Part shown: piece after piece, positions 28,039-38,534 of the stretch
How positions within the stretch are numbered: the first letter of the stretch is position 1
Layout: every line of letters begins with the position of its first letter
From: Minisyncoccota bacterium
Lineage (GTDB): Bacteria; Patescibacteriota; Minisyncoccia; Phycocordibacterales; UBA9973
Assembly: GCA_041659785.1 (NCBI GenBank)
Contig: JBAZXO010000003.1
Location: forward strand, 1,099 to 65,098
DNA: 64,000 bases
Direction: 5' to 3'
The notes under the pieces: model-generated
The model's database searches: none
Seen by the model: the letters and a program-made list of their open reading frames with translations, nothing else
Told to the model about the DNA's origin: nothing
Position numbers and translations under genes: made by a program

Positions 28039-29391
28039 TTATTTTTTTATTCTTACTGTCACTAGATATTTAATAGGATCTATCGTTACACCTGGTATCT
28101 TGTTTGCAAATGGATTTGGCATTTTATATATAAATGGTGTTTCAGATAGATAATCAAAGACAATATATAAATGATAATTTGGGTCCTTCCGAGCAATTGT
28201 TATTTCATTCTCAGAGATAAAAAATCTAAAGGCAATAGATGGAATGTTTCTAACAGCTTTAACTTCTATGTGTTTTTCTGACCCGTCAAAATCAAAAGAT
28301 AATACATCATAGCCTAAAGTATCATCCTTGAGAGAAACTTGTTCAACTTTATTTACCATCTTAGAATAATTTTTATTTAACTCCCCTATTTCATGTTTTA
28401 TAACAATTTTTTCAGCGAAATCTCCAGCTGTTCTGTTATTGCTATCTCGGAGTTCAAAATCAATTTTTTGTAGCCTAGGAGATGTTTTTCTTCTTGTTTT
28501 TACACCTAGATCAGCATCTTCATCAATTTCCATTTCAATTATTTGGGGCTTTATGTTTGAGATATCAGGGAGTTTTAATCCTCCAGTTATAGTATTAACT
28601 ATTTCTTCTTGTTCTTCCGTCGTTTTTTTCTCTAAGCTTTCAATAACCCTTAGATAGTTAGGGTTAATGGTATAAATCTGCCATCCATTGTTTGTATTTA
28701 AATAATTAAAATATCCACTATCACTAAAATCTCGTAGAGAAAAACTCTCTAAAATAATCTCAATATCTTTTTTTGATAGATTAGATGTAATTTTTTCACC
28801 TTCCTTTTTAATATAAGAAGAAATTAGGAGCATGTCAAAAAATCTCTTAACATTATCTGAGAAATCATCAATACTTAATTCTTTGCTTTTTTTATCTAAA
28901 ATATCTGCATAAGTAGTTTTGTTTTTAGAATTTCTGTATTCGTGTATTAAATCTACAACAAAAGGGACTTCATTTTTATCATTTATCCAGCACACAAATA
29001 ACTTATATTCATCAAAAGATATATATTCTAAAGAGTGTAAAAGAGTTAATAACACCTCCATCGGAGCAATTTTAATTGACAAATTATCGTTTAATTTTGG
29101 ACAATCTAAATATACTTTCATTATCTGCTCATCTAAAATCTTTTGTTTATAAAGAGAATTTAAAAAAGTTTCTCCAGCGTTTGAAATTTGTAAATTGTCC
29201 CCACCAAGATTAACTATCAATCCAAGATATCTCAAAGTAATACTATTACGTGTCGTAAGTTCGTGAAAATCATTAGTCAAATCATTATAGATTTTATTTA
29301 CGATATCACTTGTATATTCTTTCTGTTTCGCTTTCTTCCAGAAATTCTTGGTTCCTTTATTGTCTAAATATTTTTTATATTCTTCAATCAT
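28039..29391 (-). CDS. DUF3883-domain restriction-endonuclease-like protein (last gene of RM-like operon)
   Basis: C-terminal GYDVLSFDFDGSEKHIEVKA...FFISENEITIARKDPNYHLYIVFD matches the DUF3883 (NO VEIN C-terminal, PD-(D/E)xK-like E-V-K) signature. N-terminal roughly 300 aa unassigned. Overlaps the C5-MTase stop by 4 nt. Confidence 0.6.
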   Translation of the reverse strand: MIEEYKKYLDNKGTKNFWKKAKQKEYTSDIVNKIYNDLTNDFHELTTRNSITLRYLGLIVNLGGDNLQISNAGETFLNSLYKQKILDEQIMKVYLDCPKLNDNLSIKIAPMEVLLTLLHSLEYISFDEYKLFVCWINDKNEVPFVVDLIHEYRNSKNKTTYADILDKKSKELSIDDFSDNVKRFFDMLLISSYIKKEGEKITSNLSKKDIEIILESFSLRDFSDSGYFNYLNTNNGWQIYTINPNYLRVIESLEKKTTEEQEEIVNTITGGLKLPDISNIKPQIIEMEIDEDADLGVKTRRKTSPRLQKIDFELRDSNNRTAGDFAEKIVIKHEIGELNKNYSKMVNKVEQVSLKDDTLGYDVLSFDFDGSEKHIEVKAVRNIPSIAFRFFISENEITIARKDPNYHLYIVFDYLSETPFIYKMPNPFANKIPGVTIDPIKYLVTVRIKK

Positions 29392-30500
29392 AGTTTTAAA
29401 ACTTTGCGAATCTTTAACGCAATAGATTGTGCTAATAATGGAGGTACTGAATTTCCAATTTGTATACCAACTGAACCCCTACTACCATAAAAGACAAAAT
29501 CATCATCAAAAGATTGTATCCGAGCTGCTTCACGGGGTGTTAGCGCTCGATGTTGTAGTGGATGAGTTACACGACCCACAGAAGGAGTATCGAATCTTGT
29601 GGTTATTGTATATGCAGGTTTGTTCCTGTTAATTCTTCCGAATGCCCCACTGTGTATAGATTTTGTTTGTAGTGCTAATGGTAAACTTGACCTTCCTTCA
29701 CCTTCTTTAATGCTTTTAAGTATCTTAATTATTCTAGGGTCATGTTTAGTCGCTTGGTGGTTATATATCTTTTTACTTTTTCCACGTCTTTCTTTTTGAT
29801 ATTGAGTAAGATTTTTATTAAAAGCATACTCAGATTCAAACTGTCCTGAGCCTGCTGATACCTTTGGTAAATCTAAAATCGTTTCTGCCACAGTTACGTA
29901 TGGTCTTTGTTTTTGAGGACCATGTGTCTTGTCTGGAAAAAAATCTTCAGGATCTATACCTATCCTATTACCTATAAACACTGCCCTTCTTCTTAATTGA
30001 GGAACACCATAATCTGCAGCAAGTAAAACATGAACCTTGGTTTCATATCCAATTTCTTTAAACTTTTTTATTATTTCATTTTTTACAGCTCCTCCGTGGA
30101 TATTTAGCATTGCTGCTACATTTTCCATAACAAATATTTTGGGCTTAACGTCTTTTACTACACGAATAAATTCCTTAAAAAGTTCATTGCGTGGATCATT
30201 TAAAAACGCACCATCATTACGTATTCTGCGACCTGCCATACTAAAACCCTGGCAAGGTGGCCCCCCAACAACAACACAAATATCTTTTTCTCCATTTAGT
30301 AATTCTTTTGAATCTACTTTAGTTATGTCTTCAACGATCATTTTTGTTCCAGGATGATTTTTTATGTAGGTATTAGCAATTTCTGCATTATATTCATTCG
30401 CAGACACTACATCAAAACCAGCCTTCTTAAAACCCACAGAAATACCACCCACTCCTGCGAATAAATCTATTATTTTTAGTTTACTTTTCTTGCCAGCCAT
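29388..30500 (-). CDS. DNA (cytosine-5)-methyltransferase
   Basis: Motif I DLFAGVGGISVGF, motif IV GGPPCQGFS, motif VI ENV, motif X QIGNSVPPLLA. 370 aa. TGA stop. Confidence 0.9.
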   Translation of the reverse strand: MAGKKSKLKIIDLFAGVGGISVGFKKAGFDVVSANEYNAEIANTYIKNHPGTKMIVEDITKVDSKELLNGEKDICVVVGGPPCQGFSMAGRRIRNDGAFLNDPRNELFKEFIRVVKDVKPKIFVMENVAAMLNIHGGAVKNEIIKKFKEIGYETKVHVLLAADYGVPQLRRRAVFIGNRIGIDPEDFFPDKTHGPQKQRPYVTVAETILDLPKVSAGSGQFESEYAFNKNLTQYQKERRGKSKKIYNHQATKHDPRIIKILKSIKEGEGRSSLPLALQTKSIHSGAFGRINRNKPAYTITTRFDTPSVGRVTHPLQHRALTPREAARIQSFDDDFVFYGSRGSVGIQIGNSVPPLLAQSIALKIRKVLKL

Positions 30501-32070
30501 ACTCTTGTAATTTATTTTTTTTATAATTAAAGTTGTTTTTTAATAAGTTTTCTATATTTGTAACTTCACCTTCTTTGTTAGTATACAAATTATTTTCCAC
30601 AATGAAAGGTATTAGTTTCTCATATAAAGAATCAGAAGTCAGATAACCATTATTTTTTTCTATCCAAGATTGAACCTTTCTTACAATATTCTTTTCACCA
30701 TCCTCGTTGTTTAACTTCTTTTCCTTAGCTTTTACTTTCGTATCTTTTATAAAATTATAAACAAAATCACCCCTCAATGTATTGTTTCTATTGAGTCCCT
30801 GCGTACCAGAGGCAACAGCCTGTTCTTGATAAACAACGTTTATAAGATGAAAACCAGCACTAGTCACAGCATCCATTACAGCCTTCCAAATATTTAGATT
30901 TCTATTGTGGAAAGTAAATGAGAGATACTTTTCATCCTTTAAAACTCTATATAATTCAGCATAGACCTTTTTCATTCTTGATGAATAATCTTCGTATTTT
31001 TTATTACGATACGGATCATATATAATTTCACTTTCATAATTTACTTTATTTCTAAGCCACCCATTCCAAAACATACTTAACCCTAAATAAGCAATACTAT
31101 CACCGTAGGGTGGATCAGTAAATATATATGAAACAGATTCTGATTTAATATTTTTTAGATTAGTAGCATCAATATTAAAGATTTGAGCATCCTTTGAGTT
31201 AAATATTCCTGCTACTTCTTGTTTGCCTTTTTTGATTTTATGGAATCGATGCTTAAAACTATTAAAAATATTTTTTTCTGTATGAATTTTTGGAGCCCAT
31301 AATTTACTAATAACCCACCCCGACTTGCCATTAACTGATTCGGGATTACCAGGTATCATTTTAGAAACGTTTGGCAACATGGAAGTAAAACATAAAAGTA
31401 TTAGATTTTTAACTTTTTGGTCCTTAATTTCATCTATGTCTTTAATTATTGAACCAAGCACCACTAATGCACGATCTGTAAAAAATTCATTCAGCTTACT
31501 TTTCCCATTTCTCTTAACAAATTTTAAAATTTCGTCTTTCGGATAGAAGATTTTATTTTCCTTATCTAATTTATGGAAAACCTCTGTTGCTTTTTTAAAA
31601 ACTTTCTGGTCATACGAGTCTACATTTTTTATGAACTTACCACAGCTATGGCATAATGCTCTAATTTTCGAGAATTCTTCGTGATCCCAAATTGAATTTT
31701 CAAAGGCTGTAATTCCACCACACTTAGGACATTTAGTATTATATAATTCAATAAACTTTTTATAGTTCTTTTCGTATATATAATCAAATGCTTTTTCAAA
31801 TTCTTCTAAGTTAACGTTATTTATTGTATTTTCAGTAATAAAACAAGCCATAGGATTTAAATCTATTCCTATCGCCTTACGATTATTTTTAATTGATTCA
31901 ATAATAACGACCCCACTTCCCATAAAGGGATCAAGAACCGTTTCCCCTGGCTTTGAAAAATTCAAAATATAGTCACTCACTACATTGTGTGGTTTTCTCC
32001 CCCAATACTTATGCATCATGTAGTGAGTTGGGTGAGTTTTTGCGGTAATGTTTTTATTTATTTTATTCAT
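30481..32070 (-). CDS. amino-DNA methyltransferase (N6-adenine type, DPPY; alpha-like motif order) with zinc-ribbon insert
   Basis: N-terminal FMGSGVVIIE (AdoMet motif I) and later IFTDPPYG (motif IV). CPKCGG...CHSCGK zinc ribbon. Overlaps the C5-MTase start by 20 nt. Confidence 0.8.
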   Translation of the reverse strand: MNKINKNITAKTHPTHYMMHKYWGRKPHNVVSDYILNFSKPGETVLDPFMGSGVVIIESIKNNRKAIGIDLNPMACFITENTINNVNLEEFEKAFDYIYEKNYKKFIELYNTKCPKCGGITAFENSIWDHEEFSKIRALCHSCGKFIKNVDSYDQKVFKKATEVFHKLDKENKIFYPKDEILKFVKRNGKSKLNEFFTDRALVVLGSIIKDIDEIKDQKVKNLILLCFTSMLPNVSKMIPGNPESVNGKSGWVISKLWAPKIHTEKNIFNSFKHRFHKIKKGKQEVAGIFNSKDAQIFNIDATNLKNIKSESVSYIFTDPPYGDSIAYLGLSMFWNGWLRNKVNYESEIIYDPYRNKKYEDYSSRMKKVYAELYRVLKDEKYLSFTFHNRNLNIWKAVMDAVTSAGFHLINVVYQEQAVASGTQGLNRNNTLRGDFVYNFIKDTKVKAKEKKLNNEDGEKNIVRKVQSWIEKNNGYLTSDSLYEKLIPFIVENNLYTNKEGEVTNIENLLKNNFNYKKNKLQEYGWQEK

Positions 32071-32131
32071 ACGAATTAAACGTCATAATATTTGTTATCA
32101 CACAATAGATAAAAAATTGATTCAATATCAA

Positions 32132-34606
32132 TTACCGCCCTTGTTCATGATAACTTAAAATATCCTTATCTGAGTATAACATATTTAAATACAATTCTGG
32201 AGCATTTTCTGTATACATAATGAGTTTTCCTGAATAATAAAGCTCCTTAAACTTTTTCACCCTTTCCCTAACTTCAGTTATATATTCTGGCCTAATTTTT
32301 ATGCCGTTTTTGTCTTTTTCGAGATATTTATTGTAATGAACAATCCCATAAAATCTTGGATCAATATGATTCTTTGTTTCAAGAAGTTTTTGTATCTGAT
32401 GTCTTTCTTCGTCTTCTCTAAATCGTAATATTCTTTCTACAACCTCCTTTGATTCAGTGTGCTCTTTTGTGATTGCTAAAAAAGTATTAAATTCAAATTT
32501 GCTAATAAATGGGTCCGAACCATAATCATCTAGTAATTGTATTAAAACATCATATATAAATAAAAATGGATAGATTTTAAAATCTTTAAAAGAAACACGT
32601 TTTGTTGATTCAATATATTTATTATAAGAACCATAAATTGGATTCCAATATAATATTTTTTCAAGTTGTAAAGTAAGAATGTCTTGATAAATATCCACAT
32701 TTGAGAAATCTTTTGTCTTTTTACAAATTTCTTCAAATGAAATTGTCGGTTTGAGTGGAGATTCAGCTGATATAAAACCACTGATCTTGCTTAACATTAA
32801 AGCACGGAAACCTGCTGTCATATTTTTACCAGGATATTTATCATTAACAATCTTTTGTATTTTTTTTATAAATTCTTTTTCATCTATATTTGGATTATCT
32901 TTGATAATTTTAATCCCCTCAAAGTTAACTTGAAAATACTGATTCTGTTGCCCACGTTTCCAATATAAATTATCTTTTGTCCACTTGTCTAAGTATATTG
33001 AATACTCTCTCCATTCTTTTGCAATTACGTCATTTCTTATATCTTTCGAATATACAACTTCATTGCTTTTGAATATCTCAACAACTTCAGCATCAAAAAT
33101 AACTTCACATCCATTTAAGTCATAGATAAAAAGATCTTTTCCATCTTTATGGATTTTTTTAAGTCCTCTAACCCCATTTTTTATATCAAGTCCTTCAAGA
33201 ATTAAATTTGCAGTACGATAATTCCCTATGAAATCAAGAATCAAAACATTTTCTTTTTTAGGAGCAACACGTAAACCACGACCCATATGTTGAATAAATA
33301 TTGTTTTTGATTCTGTGGGCCTTAAAAATAACAAACAAGAAACATCAGGAATATCGACACCTTCGTTGAACATATCTACAACAAAAGCCACCTGACATTT
33401 ACCATCTCTAAAGTGTTTTATTAATAAAGTTTTATCTTTATCTTCAACTCCTTCAAGCCCTAGGCTACGAGAATGTACGGCAATCGCATTAATACCTGCA
33501 GATTTAAATTTAGTAGCACATCTTTCAGCATGTTCTATGGATGCACAAAAACCTATAGTTTTTCTATCACCAACAACTTCTTTAAATTTTTTTAAAATAG
33601 CTTGATCTCTTTCATCAATCAAAAGATGCTTATTAAGGTCCTTAGTATCATACTTAAATCCATTAAAATATATGTCGGAATAATCAATACTATCTTTAAA
33701 TCAAAAATATTGGAAAGGTACTAAATAACCTTGCTCTATGGCCTGTTCCTGCCCCATCTCAAATACAACATTGTTGTTATAAAATCCTAATATATCTTTT
33801 CGATCCATTCGATCTGGTGTTGCTGTTAATCCTAGAAAAAATTTCGGTTTAAAATAAGAAAATATTAATCCATAGGTAGGTGCAGCAGTATGATGTGTCT
33901 CGTCTATAATTATATAATCGAAATAGTCTGGAGAAAAACTTTCAATATGTTTCTTTTTACCTAATGTTTGTATAGACGCAAATAATATTTTTTTATCTTT
34001 CTCTTTCTGTTTTCCATTATAAAAACCAAGGTCATTTTTTCTACCAGGAAAGACTCGCTCGAATGATTCTTTGGTTTGCTTAAGAATTTCATTAATATGA
34101 ACAACAAAAAGTATTTTCGAGGCTTTAGTGTCTTTTGCATCTAAAGCAGACAATATTGTTTTACCTAAACCTGTTGCAAGTATTACGACAGCCCTATCTG
34201 ATCCGTTTTCCCTTGTTGTATTAAGATTAACAAGTGCCTTTTCTTGAGCTTCGTGTGGTTTAATTTCTTTTCCTCTCTTTAGATAAAGATTAAAAAGTTC
34301 TTCGTCTGCTATAAATTGTCTTCGTAAAAAGTATTTTACTTTTTCTCTATCTTTTGTAATCAAGTCACTACCAATAGTTATTGTTTTAAGTAATAATTGA
34401 TTTGTACTTACTAACTGGCTAGTTCCCTCTTTACTTTCATTGAAATTTATTAAATAACTAGCATAATCTGTTTTTATCTCTAACAGAGCAACATCACCAT
34501 CGGTGATGTTTGTAATGTGTTTTTTAAAATTTGTACTTAAATCATCAAAAAGAATCTCGAGGAGATTTTTTAAATCTATATTTTTAATATCAGAAAGTAA
34601 ATTCAT
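32132..34606 (-). pseudogene. SF2 DEAH-type helicase/restriction-subunit-like gene split by a single in-frame TGA (N-half 33701-34606, C-half 32132-33622)
   Basis: N-half: ILATGLGKT (motif I), IIDETHH (motif II), LGLTATP (motif III). C-half: FNEGVDIPDV (motif V), QHMGRGLR (motif VI). Both halves share one reading frame, separated only by TGA at 33701-33703, then 26 sense codons to a TTG start. Confidence 0.65.
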
Positions 34607-34609
34607 GGA

Positions 34610-36802
34610 TTATTTATTATCCAGGGTCTCACTAGCAAAAATTGCAGTGTGCATATTTTTAGGAGTAAGAATTACTGGCCACCAGAATGGTGAACCCATC
34701 CAGCCTTGTTCTTCTTTGCCATTTACTCTAATTAACATTAATACTGGAATGTCATCTGCTATCCTTTTAGCAATAGTAAGGGCCACTTCTCCAGTACCAG
34801 ATCCAGCATCGTCTGTAAATCTGCCATCTGATTTACAACGAGATAAATTACTATCAGTTCTCACCACAACTCCAACTTTTCCGTTTTGTGAAATACTGAC
34901 CGAGTTTTTTGATAAATGTTCTATACTTGCTTTAAAAGCCTTAACATCCCATTCATACCCATTTTGTTCAGAAATAAAAGTCTTTTTTATTTTATCTAAA
35001 ATAGAAAGGGATTGCTCAACTGGAATTAAAAAATGATCTGATGTTGTTTCAGCTTGTAACCCTAAAATTTCTTTATCTAAATCCTCTATATCTTTTTTTA
35101 TGTTACTTTTATAACCCGTCTGGAAACCAATAGGTAAAAGTCTTTTGTGGGGTTTAAGAGTAGTTATACTAGAAAGCATTATTTTGTTAGGCGAACAAGG
35201 TACAAGTTTATCACTCGTGTCTTTGCGTATAAAATAAATACCATTATTATGTGAACCATTTAGAAAAGCCTCCCTTAATGCATTATCAAATTCATGTATG
35301 CGTTTCATTACTTCATAGATACTACGAGTCGTATATAAACGAGTTACTGCTAAGTCCTCTTTAGATCTAGCACCATACATGCGACAGTGCTGTAAGACAG
35401 TGTCTTGCTGAAATTTTTTAGGATTTCTACCATAGTAAAAACCTATCATGTTTTTAATCGTAATCCCACGATCCAAAATTTGACCTCCTATAAAAATATT
35501 TAGTGGAGTTCTTAATCTAAGCTGTCCCTTGCTGTCCAAGAGCGCTTTTACATCTTTATCTGAATTAACTTTTTCTACTACAAGCATCCCTTTTGTTAAA
35601 ACATCTGATACTTCATGCAAAACAACAGAAAAAATTGGTAACTGCAACCCAGAAAGTTCCACAGATGGTTTTAAATCATTGTATGCTTCCTCAACTAGAA
35701 CATTAAATAATGCTTGGTCCTCTTTTGCAATCCTAACTAGTTCTTCGTTAAGTTTATTCACAACTTCTTCTTGCCAATTATGAGAATTTCTAGATTGTTC
35801 AGTGTGAATTAGAAAACTATAATTTTCTTGTTTTTCTCCTTTATTTTCTTGCTGAATGCGACGTATACTACCACCAACAATAAAATTCATTATTGAATTT
35901 CTAATTGTTCTTGTAGATGGACTTGTAAAAACTTCTTCTATCTTGAAAGATCTACGATCGGCCCTTTTAAGAGTCTTCCTTACTTTCAAAATTTCTAATT
36001 CCTCAATTGGAACCTCTTTGTAAACATGAAATGCTGTCGTTCCCTCTTCCTCGCTTTCAATAAAATAGTAATCACCTCCCACATAATCTTTATGGATAGG
36101 AACTAACACAGTGAAAGCTGGTCGTTTGGGTAAAAAAAGTGATTCTGAATCTTCGCTATCATCCGATTGTAAATATAACGAATATGGTGTTGCTGTGACT
36201 TGTAATAAATCTGATTGTTTAACCGTGTTTCGTATATCGTCTATTTGTTGAGCAATTTTTCCTTGTTCAATTGAACCACTTTCTTTTTCTTTATGAAAGC
36301 TAATGCTTGCAAAATCTGCTTCGTCGTCAATTATGAGAATCTTTTTATTTTTTAAATCAGGATAAGTGGTAGTAAGTGTGCTTAACACATGTCTAAGATT
36401 ATTAGTTTCTTTCTTTGCAACAATAATCAACTTTTGACTTAACTCATATGGCACCATATTTTTAGGGAAAAGCATGATGTCATGTATTTGAACTTTACTA
36501 TCCTCCTCGAATACCTGAAAATCCTCATGTAATCTTTTTAATGTCTGTTCAGTAAGTGGCTTAGTACCTTTTGTAAGTATTATCGTAATATCGTAATCAT
36601 TATCAAATGCCAAAGCCATTACACCCAAAAAAGCACGAGTTTTTCCACTCTGCACCTTACCAAGTAAAATACCAGGCTTTTTCAAGTTTGTGTCAGAATC
36701 AATCAGTTTAACAACAGTTTCTTCTATACAACTTTTTAAAGAGTCATCATCTTTTCGTTTATTGGTTAGAGTATTATAAAAATATCCTTTTTTCATATTC
36801 AT
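34610..36802 (-). CDS. P-loop SF2-like NTPase resembling Z1-domain proteins (first gene of RM-like operon)
   Basis: 730 aa. LLGKVQSGKT Walker A near the N-terminus, LIIDDEADFAS (DEAD-like Walker B), LLQVTATP (motif III), C-terminal LQHCRMYGAR (motif VI-like Q..R..G.R). Z1 assignment is from memory of the GxVQSGKT signature. Confidence 0.5.
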   Translation of the reverse strand: MNMKKGYFYNTLTNKRKDDDSLKSCIEETVVKLIDSDTNLKKPGILLGKVQSGKTRAFLGVMALAFDNDYDITIILTKGTKPLTEQTLKRLHEDFQVFEEDSKVQIHDIMLFPKNMVPYELSQKLIIVAKKETNNLRHVLSTLTTTYPDLKNKKILIIDDEADFASISFHKEKESGSIEQGKIAQQIDDIRNTVKQSDLLQVTATPYSLYLQSDDSEDSESLFLPKRPAFTVLVPIHKDYVGGDYYFIESEEEGTTAFHVYKEVPIEELEILKVRKTLKRADRRSFKIEEVFTSPSTRTIRNSIMNFIVGGSIRRIQQENKGEKQENYSFLIHTEQSRNSHNWQEEVVNKLNEELVRIAKEDQALFNVLVEEAYNDLKPSVELSGLQLPIFSVVLHEVSDVLTKGMLVVEKVNSDKDVKALLDSKGQLRLRTPLNIFIGGQILDRGITIKNMIGFYYGRNPKKFQQDTVLQHCRMYGARSKEDLAVTRLYTTRSIYEVMKRIHEFDNALREAFLNGSHNNGIYFIRKDTSDKLVPCSPNKIMLSSITTLKPHKRLLPIGFQTGYKSNIKKDIEDLDKEILGLQAETTSDHFLIPVEQSLSILDKIKKTFISEQNGYEWDVKAFKASIEHLSKNSVSISQNGKVGVVVRTDSNLSRCKSDGRFTDDAGSGTGEVALTIAKRIADDIPVLMLIRVNGKEEQGWMGSPFWWPVILTPKNMHTAIFASETLDNK

Positions 36803-37718
36803 ATCATAATTAATTAAATCTCAATACTAACTAAGATTTTTATATTTCAAAACACTCTAAAAAGTATAGCACTTTCAGCTTAATTTTTAAAGGGTTTTTA
36901 GGTAAATTTCGAAATAGACATTTAATAGAACTGTAGTAAAACTAATTTGTTTTTATTTATTTTTTATGTTATAATATATTCATACGATTGAAAAAGTTAG
37001 CTGTTAAAAGACAACAAACTTCACCCCCGAGCATAAAGATTTAAGATATAAGGTTAAGTTGAGTTATGTATAAAGATTTAAGATTAAAGATAAAGTTATG
37101 TTATGGAAAACATTAACAAATCTTTGTTTTTGGGGAACTCAAATAAAAAAAACTCCAATAAAACCTTGTATTACGATTGATATCCGAATATGAGGCAAAC
37201 CACTAATGAGAGATTCAGGTGTTGATGAAAGAGAGCTGGGAAAATGGTGTTCGACTTCCACCCAGCCTTGTGATCAGCATCGGAGTCTCACTGATTGATA
37301 TAGGAATAATTAAGTAAAGTAACGACATATCACCGATATTACTTTATGAAGGGGGTTCGCTATTTAAATCACACTGTTAATTGCATATCTATTATTTTTG
37401 AGCAAATTTTATTTAACACCTATACGTATTATAAATATTCTAAGTTACGGTGTTTCGAATAACGAGAAGCTAAAAAACACATCCAAATCTCTATCAAGGG
37501 GTAAGTCGAGCTCGTACCCTAAAGAGTATTTATTTAGCTCGCCTAAACCCATAATCAACCCCACTCTTTAATGGAGGTGGTATTTTAATAGTAAACTCAA
37601 AAGGAATAAATTTATCAGTTATAGAATGTCGTGGTGTGCCTGCTCCATTCCAATTGATAGTGACATAAGAAAACTGTAGCAAATTACAAGCTAAAAATAA
37701 AGAATATATTTAAAAAAT

Positions 37719-38090
37719 TTATTTTGCTTTTAAAATATATTCTTTAACTTTCTCTATCAATTCATTTATAGGATGCTGAGTCTTAACCATATAGTCTACT
37801 GCACCTAGCTGAAGTGCTTCTTTTATTTTACTATCTTCACCTAAATTAGACATAACTATCACTGGTATATTACGTAAATCTTCATCTGCTTTCAACTGTG
37901 ACAATACCTCCATGCCGTTTACTTTAGGTAAAAGAATATCCAAGAGGATAGCATCAGGTCTATTTTTCTTTACTAGAGGCAAGACTACACTACCATCTTT
38001 CGCGAGAATAACTTTGAAATTTTTTTCTTCAAATTTTTCTTGAAGGACACTACTCAATATATCTTCATCTTCAACTATAAGTATTGTCAT
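37719..38090 (-). CDS. single-domain response regulator (CheY-like receiver)
   Basis: ILIVEDE...LLDILLP receiver-domain signature with Asp pocket. 123 aa. Confidence 0.8.
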   Translation of the reverse strand: MTILIVEDEDILSSVLQEKFEEKNFKVILAKDGSVVLPLVKKNRPDAILLDILLPKVNGMEVLSQLKADEDLRNIPVIVMSNLGEDSKIKEALQLGAVDYMVKTQHPINELIEKVKEYILKAK

Positions 38091-38103
38091 AATATTTTAT
38101 AAA

Positions 38104-38502
38104 TTAATTTTTAATATTTAAAATCTCTTTAATCTTTTCAATAATCTCCTCTAGACTCTTTTCTGTCTTCATAAAATAATAAGATGGCTCTAATTTTGTG
38201 ATGTCTCTGTTGCGCTCCTCATCACCAGCAGTAAGATTTGTTAAAATAATCACAGGCACATTTTTCCCCCAATCATCTTTGCGTAATTCTTTCAACATAC
38301 TCATCCCATCCATTTTAGGCATGAGTAAATCAAGTAAAATCAAATTTGGATGTTCACTCAATGCTAAAGTAAAACCATCAATCCCATTATAAGCCTTCAA
38401 TACTTCAAAACCTTCCGCAAGTAATTTTTCTTCCAAGGTATTAACTAAGATCTTTTCATCCTCAACCACTAAAATTAAAACTTTTTTCTTTGCTGTAATC
38501 AT
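38104..38502 (-). CDS. single-domain response regulator (CheY-like receiver)
   Basis: VLILVVEDE...ILLDLLMPKMDG receiver signature. 132 aa. Confidence 0.8.
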   Translation of the reverse strand: MITAKKKVLILVVEDEKILVNTLEEKLLAEGFEVLKAYNGIDGFTLALSEHPNLILLDLLMPKMDGMSMLKELRKDDWGKNVPVIILTNLTAGDEERNRDITKLEPSYYFMKTEKSLEEIIEKIKEILNIKN

Positions 38503-38534
38503 AAATTTATTTATATCTATATTATATAATAATA

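Larger units (their letters stand above)
20638..37718. mobile_element. putative integrated genomic island (serine-recombinase-associated) carrying an RM-like defence operon
   Basis: Recombinase at the left edge abutting core gene ychF. Interior has many ORFan small proteins, an SppA-like peptidase, an ArdC-like ssDNA-binding protein, 2 DNA MTases, 2 SF2 NTPases and a DUF3883 nuclease-like gene. Ends before a two-component system, after a 0.9-kb AT-rich gene-free spacer (36803-37718). Exact att sites not identified. Confidence 0.4.

Noticed and set aside
33701-33703. Alternative genetic code (TGA=Gly, code 25) explaining the in-frame TGA
   Set aside because: Long genes (e.g. 2484 aa, 1248 aa) contain no in-frame TGA under the standard code. 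TGA terminates the C5-MTase. The genome is therefore code 11.
37225-37270. tRNA/tmRNA 3'-end-like segment (GGTG-TTCGACT-TCCACC-CAGCC)
   Set aside because: The T-loop heptamer TTCGACT is present, but flanking bases cannot form a 5-bp T-stem or a 7-bp acceptor stem in any register. No upstream D or anticodon arms. Treated as a chance or degenerate hairpin.
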